The notes under the pieces were generated by a model. That model saw only the letters and a program-made list of their open reading frames with translations. It was not told the DNA's origin and did not search any database. This document shows, piece by piece, positions 22,642 through 35,021 of a stretch of DNA of 64,000 nt. The DNA comes from Pristiophorus japonicus (taxonomy: Eukaryota), in the NCBI RefSeq assembly GCF_044704955.1, contig NC_091987.1, forward strand, positions 148,304,001 through 148,368,000. Direction: 5' to 3'. The position numbers and the translations under genes were made by a program. Each line of letters opens with the position of its first letter. The stretch's first letter is position 1.

Positions 22642-23275
22642 CCAGCCCACTGCCATCGACAGGACAGGACAGGACACACAGACTCTGCTCTCCAGCCCAC
22701 TGCTCTCGACAGGACACACAGACTGCTCCTCAGATCATTGCTCTCGACAGGACAGGACACACAGACTCTGCTCCCCAGCTCACTGCTCTCGACAGGACAG
22801 GACACACAGACTCTGCTCCCCAGCTCACTGCTCTCGACAGGATAGGACACACAGACTCTGCTCCGCAGCTCACTGCTGTCGACAGGACAGGACAGGACAC
22901 ACAGACTCTGCTTCCCAGCTCACGGCTCTCGACAGGACAGGACACACAGATTCTGCTCCCCAGCCCACTGCTCTCGACAGGACAGGACAGGACACACAGA
23001 CTCTGCTCCCAGCCCACTGCTCTCGACAGGACAGGCCACATAGACTCTGCTCTCAAGCCCACTGTTCTCGACAGGACAGGACGCGACACACAGACTCTGC
23101 TCCCCAGCCCACTGCTCTCGACAGGACAGGACAGGTCACACAGACTCTGCTCTCCAGCCCACTGCTCTCGACAGGACAGGACACACAGACTCTGCTCTCC
23201 AGCCCACTGCTCTCGACAGGACAGGCCACACAGACTCTGCTTCCCAGCTCACTGCTCTCAACAGGATAGGACACC
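22642..23275. repeat. 40-50 bp minisatellite
   Basis: Tandem repeats. Confidence 0.95.
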
Positions 23276-26200
23276 CATGTTACTTTGCTCCTTCCTACCT
23301 GCACCTGCCTAGGATTTATTTTTAATCCCGCACTCTGTAGAGCTCCTAGAACTGTAATTAAAGCTAGTACGTGTTGTTCTTCTATACTGGAGGCAATAAG
23401 GATATCCACATACTGCAAAGGGTGCTCCCTTTTTCTACGTCTACCGGTTCCAAAATTCCTGACAGTACTCACTGAAATATGCTCGGGCTATTATGGAATC
23501 CTTGTGGCACTCTGGCCCATGTGTATTGTTTTCCCTTTACGGTGAAGGCAAATTTTCCTTGGGACTCTTCGTCTAAAGGTATGGCCCAAAATCCATTCGC
23601 CATATCAAACACAGTGAATATCTTATGTTCTGGATCCAAGGCATTAAAAATTGTGGCTGGACTTGCCACTGTCAGGTGTTCTCGGGGAGTCACCTTATTC
23701 AGGATGGTGTAATCGATAGTCAGTCGGTAAGACCTGTCAGGTTTCTTTACCGGCTACGCAGGTGAATTAGTGGAGGCTATTATCTGCTTCACTCCCCCTT
23801 GTTTATATGATTCCTGCACTATTCTGTCTCAGCGTCGGGTCTTAATGGGTACTGTTGGTGAGCTTTGTGTTCGGGTCCGGGAATTTTGATTTCCCGCTAA
23901 ATTTTCCGTATCCTATCTTTTGCTGCAGGCATTCTTTACTGCAGTGACCTTCTTGATTGCAGTTAAAACATATTAGAGGGTCTGCGCAGGTGTGTTCCTC
24001 CTCCCCTTTCACCTTTGCGGCTAACGTAACTGCTGTTATTTTAGCTATCTTCTCCCATTGTTCTGACTTTAACTCCTCTACGTGTTCTGCCCACTCCAAA
24101 GTTTCACCATAATTATCCCCCACTTTAAATCCCAACTTAATTATCTTTTGATGGGCTTCTCCTCGCCCGTACTTGAGGAATTCCAATTTTTGCATTTTTT
24201 GCTACGGCTGTGCACTGCACCATCCGTTCGGTCCCGTCTTTTATCACTTCCAGCTTATTTATCTTAGCTTCTAACCTTTGAATTTGTTTTGTTTGAGTAT
24301 CTATTTTTATTCTGACTATTCCATCATTTCCTCTGCCTGTCAGGTGGGTCTTCTGGCTGCCATCTTTGTTTTTTCATTTCTTTTATTAAGAAACCCAAAT
24401 TAATAATGTCCAGTATAAAACTGCTGTCAATGGAAAGGGTTAACTCCTTTGCAGTTTTGTAAGAAGGCCTGATGTCATTACATGACTTCGCGTAATTTTT
24501 TAAACCTTTCCCGATATCACAATTTCTTCCCCCAAGCCTTTATGACTTCAAACTTGCTTAGAAATTAGGAATCCATTAAAACAGCAGAAATCATTAGTAA
24601 CGCTGTCATTATTAGCTTTAAATAAAACATTCTCATCGGGAAAGACAGCATTTTAGATTAAACTCCAATTGTTTCTAAACTTCCAATTCAAATACTTGCC
24701 AAAGATTTTTGTTCATTGATTTTAAAACAAGACCTCACATTTTTAATAACTATTTTGTTTACTGAAATCCAATTTAAAATAAAGTACTGGCAATTGTGAC
24801 TTCAAGGCCAGAGCTTATTTTTCTTAGCTCTGTAAATCATAGTCAAAACAATCAGGGAAACTGCCACACTTTTTACATTTTCACACAAGCTATATACATT
24901 CCAGCATTTTGTTTATTAAGGTCCCGTTCACTGAGCAAATCTTGAGTTTTATTTCACTCGGCACAAAAGCTAAAACTTCCGTGCCGGTTCCATATTTTCT
25001 AATTCCTAGTTTTTTTTCCTTTCCTTTGCTGAGTTCGCATAGCTTAGATCTTTTCCCCTCGTTATTTCCTCGATAAGCACCGTCCATTTTGAAAAGGTTT
25101 TCAAACCTGAAATTTAAATCTCCCTGAATGCAGTGAAACTTTCCTGTAATTTAAAATCATTATCAACATAGAGTGTCTTTTATCTCATTTCCAATATTCA
25201 CACTTTGAAACAAAGCCGAAATTTCACTGTGGCCATTATGAAAGTTTGGCTTTCATTAGCTAATTAAACCAATATCTTTTTCACAGCCAATATCTTACGT
25301 CTTTTTCCATTTAAATCTCCTTTCTTCAAATTAGTTTTTGTATCAAACAAACATTTTACACAGAAGGCTTGTGCCTCCGTGAATTTGTTAATTTAAACTA
25401 CATAAGACAATCGCAAACACTTTTTTACTCAATTAGACATTCAATTTGTTTTCCTTTTAGCAGTCTAGTTTCAAGGTTGCATCTTTATCTTTTGATAAAA
25501 ACAAGCTGTCCTTTGTGAATTCAACAGTCAAGACAGCTTCCACGCGAACACTTTCACTTAAAGACAGACATTCACACCAAATACAGCTTATCCTATGTTT
25601 TTTCAGCATGCCATTTTTCGTCTAGGTACGTTTACCCCTCTACCAGATTTTGTGTACTGATTCCAAGCCCTTGGACCCCTCTAACGTCCGGCCGGTCTAA
25701 TAATACTGCTTGCCTCCCTAATCTGGTTGCTCCGACTGGAAGTGTCAGTTTTATTTTTCGTCTTTCCTGCTAGCATTTATACCTGGCACCTTTTTGGTCC
25801 ATATCTCAGAGACACCACCCCCCCCCCCTCCCGCCCCCGGTCTTCATTTTAGCCCACTGGCCTGTTGTCCTAAACATCTTGGGGTCCCATCCCCCTTTAG
25901 GTTGTATTCCTTCTTGTTCAGGCAATACACCTATCTCTTAGTCATTTTTCTAGACCCCTTTAGGTTGTATTCTTTCTTGTTCAGGCAATACACCTATCCC
26001 CTACCTTGGTTTTCGTCCTTCCATGGTTCGCTATAACTTTGTTCTGCAGATTACCCCCTTCTAGTTCTTTATACAGATTACTTCCTTCCCCTTCAATGCT
26101 ACAGCTGCAGGTGGTACAAAAAACATATTCACTGCCATTGCTAGCTATCACATCATCCAGGTCGGAGAGTCTGTACCCTGCTCGCAGCGCCAATTGTTGG

Positions 26201-26842
26201 GGTAAAAGGAAAACTTCTCTCCCTCGGGGAAGACTACCTGATATAGGTAATCGACACCTCGCCCTTCGCCCTCCGTATAACAACCACGGAATCAAACAAA
26301 CGAAACCTTAGGTTCAACCGGCTTTATTTCGAGCAAATGCAAGGGAAAGCTCAATCGTGGAACCTTCAAAATACAAGGGGTTTCAAGTATAATTTATACA
26401 GCTGTTGGAGAGGAGCTACCCTCCAATAAATCATTGATAGGTTTATTGCTATCAGCGGAGTTACAATGATTTGTCGTCTCTTATCAGACTGGCTCTGAGT
26501 GGTACATGCAATTGTCCATCTCCCATCATATGTTAATTGTGTTTGTTCCATGATTTGCACTTTGCCATAGTCTGTATGACGCCTGAAGTAAGTGTTCCAA
26601 AATACTGGCTTTCTTATCTCTTCCTCAGACACTTCCAAACAAAATTGTAACTGCTGACTTCTGCTGTTTTGTTTTGTGTTACTAAGGTTAAGGATAATAC
26701 CTACATAAGCAAGTGTTACATACAATAGGCAATTATAATCCATAATATCACCGATTCCTCAGACGCTCCTAATACTGATTAGTTCACTTCCTTCAGCATA
26801 GTGTTCTGACCACCTATCTGTCTGCTCTTTGCCTGCTATACA
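23276..26842 (-). mobile_element. second, degraded ERV (5'LTR ~26195-26842, tRNA-Ser PBS 26175-26192, AT-rich gag remnant, RT N-half), 3'-truncated
   Basis: RT PVKKPDRSYRLTIDY..LNK, DMANGFWAIPL, WARVPQGFHNSPSIF, LQYVDIL; Gag CFNCNQEGHCSKEC; PBS TGGCGCTGCGAGCAGGGT 2 nt after ..CCCCAACA; TATAAA ~26393-26398 and AATAAA 26323-26328. The outer LTR edge is uncertain. Confidence 0.8.
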
Positions 26843-27312
26843 CGGTCCTTTCTCCCTCTGGGACCAGGTGTCACAGTGCATTAGATACACTGTCCTTTCC
26901 CCCTCTGGGACCAGCTGTCGCAGTGCGTTGGTACATGGTCCTTTCCCCCGCTGGAACCGGGTGTCACAGTGTGCTTTATACAATGTCCTTTCACCCTCTG
27001 GGACCAGGTGTCACAGTGTGTTTTATACACTATCCTTTCCCCTGCTGGACTGGGTGTCACAGTGCTTTTGATACACTGTCCTTTCCCTCTCTGGGACCGG
27101 GTGTCGCAGTGCGTTTGATACACTGTTCTTTCCCCCTCTGCGACCGGGTGTCATAGTGCATTTGATACACTGTCCTTTCCCTCTGTGTGACTGGGTGTCA
27201 CATGGCATTAGATACACTGTCCTTTCCCCCTGTGTGACCGGGTGTCACATTGCATTAGATACACTGTTCTTTCCCCATCTGGGACCGCGTGTCACAGTGC
27301 GTTAAATACACT

Positions 27313-29184
27313 GGGCCCGAAATTCAACAACTTACCTCCCACTAATGCCCGCTACCGCCCAAAAATATAAGTTTCGTCGAAAAAAACACATTTATCGCCC
27401 AGATACCGCCTGGCGGAAAATTCCACAGTCATTACCGCCGGACGGTATTCGATACTTCCGCACATATATTACCGCCCAAAATGGAAGTGTCATTATTAAG
27501 ATCCGTTTACCACCGGTCCTTAATACGGTCCTGAAAAAGCAGGTCTTACTGGATCTTAAGTGGATTTTAAGTGGGCGTTATGGACATAGATCTGACAGGT
27601 TTGTTTGATATTACACAGATCTTTATAGTTCTCCACAGTTTGATCTATTTTTAAATGGATTATCATATTTTCTAGTTTTAGGCAATAATATAAATGGTCT
27701 AATAAATCGTTATTTACTTCTTTAGTCTCTCTCACTGACATTAGACTCACTCACCCCCCAGTCTCTCCCCCCCTCAGTCCCTCTCACCCCCCAGTCCCCA
27801 CGAGTCTCTCTAACCCCGCAGACTCTCACCCCCCAGTCACTATCCTCTGTCTCACTCATTCTCCCCGTCTCTCCCCCCCATCTCTCCTCCCCCAAGTCTC
27901 TCTCACCCCCAGTCTCTCCTCCCCCAGTCTCTCTCACCCCCAGTCTCTCCTCCCCCAGTCCACCCCCCAGTCTCTCTCATCCCGCAGACTCTCACCCCCC
28001 AGTCACTATCCCCCATCTCACCCGTTCTCCCCGTCATTCCCCCTCGTCTCTCCTCCCCCCAGTCTCTCACCCCCAGTCTCTCCTCCCCCCAGTCTCTCAC
28101 CTCCCCCAGTCTCTCACCCCCCAAGTCTCTCCCTCCCGTCTCTACCCCCGACTCTCTCCCCCCCCAGTCTCTCTCTCACCTCCAGTCTTTCCTCCCTCCA
28201 GTCTCTCTCACCCCCCCAGTCTCTCCGCCCCCAGTCTCTCCTCCCTCAATCTCCCCCCACTGCCCAGTCTCTCCCCCAGTCCTTCTCACCCCCAGTCTCT
28301 CCTCCCACAGCCTTTCTCACCCCCAGTCTTTCCTTCCCCCAATCTCTCCTCCCCGCAGACTCTCTCACCCCCAGTCTCTCTCTCCCCCCGAGTCTTTCTT
28401 CCCCCCATTCTCTCTCACCTCCCGCCCCCAGTCTCTCAAACCATTAAAAATTTCTCCTCTCCCCAGTCTCTCCTCTCCACAGTCTCTCTTCCCCAGTCTC
28501 TCCTGAGTCTCTCCTCCCCACACTCCCCTCCCCTAGTCTCTCCCCCCAGCCTCCCACCCCTAGTCTCTCTCACCCTCAGTCTCTGCCCCAAAGTCTCTCC
28601 CCTCCCAGTCTCTCTCCCCCCAGTCTCTCCTCGCCCCCAGTCTCTCTCCCCCCCCCGCAGTTTCTCTCACCCACCAGTCTATCTCAGCTCCTAGTCTGTG
28701 TCACCCCCAAGTAATCTCGCCCTACCCCCCCACAGTGTTCTCTCTCCACCCCAACCCCCCACAGCGATCTCACTCTCTCCCCCCCTCCCCCCCTCCCCCT
28801 ACCCCCACAGCGATCTCACTCTACCCCCCACCACACAGCAATTTCACTCTCTTCCCCTCCCCCACAGTGATCTCACTCCCACCCCCTCCTTCCCACCGGC
28901 CCCACAGCGATCCCAGGCCAGCAGTCTCTGGCCTCATGTTGGTGCCGCTCGGGGGGTGGAGCTTGACAGCCCTGCGTGCGCACAACTCGTGAGCCGAAGA
29001 TTCCTAAGTCGATAGCCTCCTCCGCTGCACACCGCCCGCTGCACTCCACTCCCGTTATCGCTGAGAAAAGCGGGATGAAATTCCCGCCCACTCGGCCCCA
29101 GTGGTACCGGGCAGTAAAAAAGTATGCACCGCCCGAGGACCGCCGAAAAACAGGTAGAACTTGGGTTTCACCAAATTCGGGCCC
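27313..29184. mobile_element. non-autonomous PIF/Harbinger-like DNA transposon with an internal C/T-rich CCCCCAGTCTCT tract
   Basis: TIRs GGGCCCGAAATT / AAATTCGGGCCC. A 3-bp TSD ACT (27310-27312, 29185-29187) restores the satellite ATACACTGTCC. Confidence 0.8.
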
Positions 29185-30026
29185 ACTGTCCTTTCCCCAT
29201 CTCAGACCTGGTGTCACAGTGCATTAGATACACTGCCCTTTCCCCCTCTGGGACCTGGTGTCAAACTGTGTCAGATACACTGTCCTTTCCCCCTCTGGGA
29301 CCTGGTATCACAGTGCTTTAGATACACTGCCCTTTCCCCCTCTGGGACCTGGTGTCAAAGTGTATCAGATACACTGTCCTTTCCCCTTCTGGGACCTGGT
29401 ATCACAGTGCTTTAGATACACTGCCCTTTCCCCCTCTGGGACCTGGTGTCACAGTGCCTTAGATACACTGTCCTTTCCTCTTCTGGGACCGGGTGACAAA
29501 GTGCATTAGATACACGGCCCTTACCCCCTCTGGGAACAGGTATCACAGTGAGTTAGATACACTGTCCTTTTCCTCCTCTGGGACCATGTGTCACAGTTAG
29601 ATACATTGTTCTTTTCCCCTCTGGGACCAGGTGTCACAGTGAGTTAGATACACTGTCCTTTTCCTCTTCTGGGACCATGTGTCACATTGCATTAGATACA
29701 CTGTCCTTTCACCCTCTGGGACCGGGTGTCACAATGCATTAGATACACTGTCCTTTCCCCCTCTGGGACAAGGTGTCACAATGCGTTAGATACACTGTCC
29801 TTTCCCACTCTGGGACCGGGTGTCACAGTGTGTTTGATATAATGTCCTTTCTGCCTCTGGGACTGCCTTCACAGTGTTTAAGATATACTGTCCTTTCCCC
29901 CTCTGGGACCGGGTGTCACACTGCGTTAGATACACTGTCCTTTCCCCCGCTGGGACCGGGTGTCACACTGCGTTAGATACACTGTCCTTTCCCCGCTGGG
30001 ACCGGGTGCCACAGTGAATTAGATAC

Positions 30027-33000
30027 TATTGTGTTCCTAACACAGATGAGGCTGCACTCAGAGAGGTTAAAGTAACAGTGACCTCAGTCTTTAATAAGAC
30101 ACTCCAGAGTGAGGAACAGGCTTATATACAGGGCTCCCAAGGGATGCTGGGATCCCTTGTGACTTCAGGGGATGAGCTCCCTGGTGGTGGAACATGGGAG
30201 TGCATGCTTTACGGATACACAACATCACTCCCCCAGCAAAGTCAAAGTGAAACTATTTACAAGGTGAGGCAGTCAGGAGCCTTTCTTTTCCTGGTGGACC
30301 GCCTCAGTAGAAATGTCTGTTCTGGTGTGTTGGCTGTGCCCTCGCTGGGCTGGCGTGTTGTTGGCCCTGCAGGGCTGTTGGGCATGATGGGTTCGATTTC
30401 CTGGTCCAGCGTGGTGTCGTTGATCCTTTGGGTGTGTTTGTGGGCTCGAAAAAGGTGGTGTCTGCTGTGGGTTGTTCCGGGCAGTCTGTGAATTGCAGCC
30501 TCGTTTGGTCCAGGTGCTTTCTGCAAATTTGTCCATTGTCTAGTTTGACTGCAAACACCCTATTCCCTTCTTTAGCTATCACCATATCCGCGATCCACTT
30601 GGGACCATGTCCATAGTTTAGCACATACACAAAGTCATTTAGATCAATTTCCCATGACACAGTGGCGCGACCATCGTTTACATTTTGTTGCTGCCGCCTG
30701 CTCTCTACCTGATCATGCAGGTTGAGGTAACCAGCGAGAGTCTGGTTTTAAGTGTCCTTTTCATGAGTAGCTCAGCCGGGTGCACCACTGTGAGCGAGTG
30801 GGGTCTTGTGCGATAGCTGAGCAGTACTTGGGACAGGCGGGTTTGGAGTGAGCCTTCTGTGACTCATTTAAGGCTCTGTTTGATGGTTTGTACTGCCCGC
30901 TCTGCCTGCCCATTGGAGGCTGGTTTAAACGGGGCCGAGGTGACATGTTTGATCCCATTGTGGGTCATGAATTCTTTAAATTCGGCACTGGTGAAACGTG
31001 GCCCGTTGTCACTGACCAGTATGTCAGGCAGGCTGTGGGTGGCAAACATGGCCCTCAGGCTTTCAATGGTGGTGGTGGTGGTGCTTCCCGACATTATTTC
31101 ACATTCAATCCATTGTGAAAAAGCATCCACCACCACGAGGAATACTTTACCGAGAAACGGGCCCGCATAGTCGACATGGATTCTTGACCATGGTCTGGAG
31201 GGCCAGGACCACAAACTTAGTGGTGCCTCTCTGGGCGCGTTGCTCAACTGAGCACATACACTTCATTGCGTACACAGGACGCTAAGTCAGAGTCGATACC
31301 GGGCCACCGCATGTGGGATCTGGCTATCGCTTTCATCATTACTATACCCGGGTGTGTGCTGTGGAGATTCAAGATGAACGTCTCCCTGCCCTTTTTTGGG
31401 AGCACAATGAGTTATCCCACAACAGGCAGTCCTTTTGCCGCTGGAACGGCTTGATTGGCTTTTGCAATTCAATGGGGATGCTGGCCCAGCTCCCATGCAG
31501 TACACAGTTTTTTGCTAAGGACAGCAGAGGATTTTGGCTGGTCCAAGTCCTAATTTGGCGGGCCGTGACAGGTGATTTATCATTTTCAAACGCTTCCATG
31601 ACCATCAACAAGTCTGCGGGCTGCGCCATCATGAACTAGTTTGCAAGCTGCACCATTTCCACCCACGTGGTGGGAAATGGTAGCCGACTGAGAGCATCTG
31701 CACAGTTCTCGATGCCTGGCCTGTGGCAGATGGTATAGTGCCCACCTCTGTATGCGGGCTGAGGCATTAGTATTTATCGCCTTGTTTTCAGCAAGCAGGG
31801 ATGTGAGGTGCTTGTGATCGGTTTCCAGCTCAAATTTAAGGCCAAACAGGTACTGATACATTTTCTTTACCACGAACACACACGATAATGCCTCTTTCTC
31901 AATCATGCTGTAGGCCCTCTTGAACTTAGACAAGCTCCTGGAAGCATAGGCGACAGGTTGCAACTTCACGCAACGTTAGCTTGTTGTAATACACACCCGA
32001 CTCCGTACATAGAAACATAGAACCATAGAAAATAGGTGCAGGAGTAGACCATTCGGCCCTTCGAGCCTGCACCACCATTCAATATGATCATGGCTGATCA
32101 TTCACCTCAGTACCCCTACCCGCTTTCTCTTCATACCCCTTGATCCCTTTAGCCATAAGGGCCACATCTAACTCCCTCTTGAATATATCCAATGAACTGG
32201 CAGGGAATTCTACAGGTTAACAACTCTCTGAGTGAAGAAGTTTCTCCTCATCGCAGTCCTAAGTGGCCTACCCCTTATCCTAAGACTGTCCCCTGATTCT
32301 GGACTTCCCCAACATCGGGAACATTCTTCCCGCATCTAACCTGTCCCGTTCCATCAGAATCTTGTACGTTTCTATGAGATCCTCTCTCATCCTTCTAAAC
32401 TCTAGTGTATAAAGGCCTAGTTGATCCAGTCTCTCCTTATATGTCAATCCAGCCATCCCTGGAATCAGTCTGGTGAACCTTCGCTGCACTCTCTCAATAC
32501 GTCACATGCTAGCACAAGTCTTTTACACGGGTTATACAATACAAGCAGCTTGTTGGAGCATAAAATATTTCTGGCTTTCTCAAAAGCAATTACTTGTTTT
32601 TTTCCCCCATACCCAGTTCTCACCTTTGCGCAATAACACATGTAGGGGCTCTAAAAGGGTGCTTAACTCCGGTAGGAAGTTACCAAGATAGTTGAGAAGT
32701 CCCAGGAACGACCGCAGCTCCGTGACATTCTGTGGCCTGAGCGCGTTCCTGATAGCCTCTGTCTTGGCGTCTGTGGGCCGAATGCCATCCGCCGTGATCT
32801 GTCTCCCCAAAAACTCCACTTCTGTTGCCATGAAGACGCATTTCAACCTCTTCAGCCGCAGTCCTACGCGATCCAGTCGTTGGAGGACCTCCTCCAGGTT
32901 TTGTAGGTGCTCGGCGGTGTCCCGACCCGTGACCAATATGTCATCCTGAAAGACCACCATGTGTGGTATCGACTTGAGTAGGCTCTCCATGTTTTTCTGG

Positions 33001-35021
33001 AAGATCGCTGCAGCCGACCGAATTCCAAACAGGCATCTGTCGTAGATGAACAGTCCCTTGTGCGTGTTGATGCAGGTGAGTCCCTTCGAAGACTCCTCCA
33101 GCTCCTGCGTCATGTAGGTCGAAGTCTGGTCGAGCTTGGTGAACGTCTTGCCTCCTGCCAGCGTCACAAATAGGTTGTCTGCCTTAGGTAGCGGGTATTG
33201 GTCCTGTAGTGAGAAACGATTAATAGTTACTTTATAATCGCCACAAATCCTGACCGTGCCATCATTTTTGAGTGCTGGAACAATCGGGCTGGCCCACTCA
33301 CTGAATTCCACTGGGGAGATGATGCCCTCGCATTGCAGCCTGTCGAGCTTGATTTCCACCCTCTCCCTCATCATGTGAGGTACCGCTCACGCCTTGTGGT
33401 GAATGGGTCGTGCCTCTGGGACCAAGTGCATCCGCACCTTCGCCCCAGAAAAGTTTCCAATGCCTGGCTCAAAATGGGAAGGAAATTTGTTAAGTACCTG
33501 GGTACATGAGGCCTCATCGACATGTGATAGCGCTCGGATGTCATCCCAGTTCCAGCGGATTTTGCCCAGCCAGCTCCTTCCAAGCAGTGTGGGGCCATCG
33601 CCCAGGACAATCCAGAGTGGCAGTTCGTGCACCGTGCCCTCGTAGGTGACCTTGACCATGGCGCTGCCCAGGATGGTGATAAGCTCTTTGGTGTACGTTC
33701 TCAGTTTCGTGTGGATGGGGCTCAGGGCTGGTCTAAATGCCTTGTTGCACCACAGTCTCTCAAACATCTTTTTACTCATGATGGATTGGCTAGCACCAGT
33801 GTCCAGTTCCATGGCTATGGGTAAGCCATTCAATTTTACGTTTGGCATTATAGGTGGACATTTCGTCAAAAATGTGTGCACCCCATGTACTTCAGCATCT
33901 GCCTCCTCTCTCTGAGGCTCGAAATTGCTTTAATCCACCATGGACCGATCTTCCTCTGCCACGTGGTGGTTAGCAGGTTTTGCAGAGCTTGCAGCTCGTT
34001 TGCAAGCTCGTTGGACGTGCCCCATTGTTCCACAGCTTTTGCAAACATACCCTTTGAAGCAGCATGAATAGGCTGAATGGAAGCCTCCACAACGCCAACA
34101 AGGTTGCCTTGCATTCATCCTTTGTTGGGGACTCTGAGTCATCTGGATCACTTGAGGCCTGCTGGCAGTTGCAGACTTGTGGGTTCTGCCCTGTACATTT
34201 CTGTTCGCAAACACAGTTCCAGTGAATTTATGAACACTTGTGTGCTGAGAGATTTGTTTGGTGTTATCACTGATGGACATAAACGCCTGTGCTATCACAA
34301 TGGTCTTACTGAGGGTCGGTGTCTCTACAGTCAAAAGTTTTCATAGGATGGTCTCGTGGTCAATGCCCAGTACAAAAAAGTCTCTGAGCATTTGCTCCAG
34401 GTAGCCATCAAACTCACATTGTCCTGCAAGTCGCCTTAGCTCGGTGATGTAGCTCGCCACTTCCTGACCTTCAGACCGCTGGCACGTGTAGAACCGATAC
34501 CTCGCCATCAGCACACTCTCCCTCGAGTTAAGATGCTCCCGAACCATTGTACACAGCTCCTCGTACAACTTATCTGTGGGTTTCACTGAAGCCAGAAGAT
34601 TCTTCATGAGGCTGTAGGTCGGTGTCCCGCAGACTATGAGGAGGACCGCTCTCCTTTTTGCAGCACTTCCTTCTCCATCCAGCTCATTGGCTACAAAGTA
34701 CTGGTCTAGCCGTTCGACATAGGCTTCCCAGTCCTCACCCTCCGAGAACTTCTCCAGGATGCGTACAGTTTGTTGCATCTTTGCGTTGGATTCGTATTCT
34801 CGTCGCCAGTTATTGTGTTCCTAACACAGATGAGGCTGCACACAGGGAGGTTAAAGTAACAGTGACCTCAGTTTTTAATAAGACACTCCAGAGTGAGGAA
34901 CAGGCCTTAGGGGCCGGATTATATACAGTGCTCCCAAGGGATGCTGGGATCCCTTGGGACTTCAGGGGATGAGCTCCCTGGTGGCGGAACATGGGAGTGC
35001 ATGCTTTAGAGATACACAACA
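30027..35021 (-). mobile_element. complete but decayed Mag-clade Gypsy element C (LTRs 30027-30224 and 34811-35021; gag-PR-RT-RH-IN, no env)
   Basis: 5-bp TSD GATAC (30022-30026, 35022-35026); PBS TGGCGACGAG 34799-34808; PPT GGGGGAGTGA; Gag DWEAYVERLDQYF with CWRCGGFH..CKSCGTMGH; LDTGAS; FQDDIL; IN PWSRIHVDYAGPF, SDNG, NGQAERAV. Confidence 0.94.
32008..32499 (-). mobile_element. 5'-truncated CR1 nested in the RNase H of Gypsy C
   Basis: Tail CATAGAAACATAGAA on the plus strand; QRRFTRLIPGMAGL..ERLDQLGLY. Confidence 0.9.
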
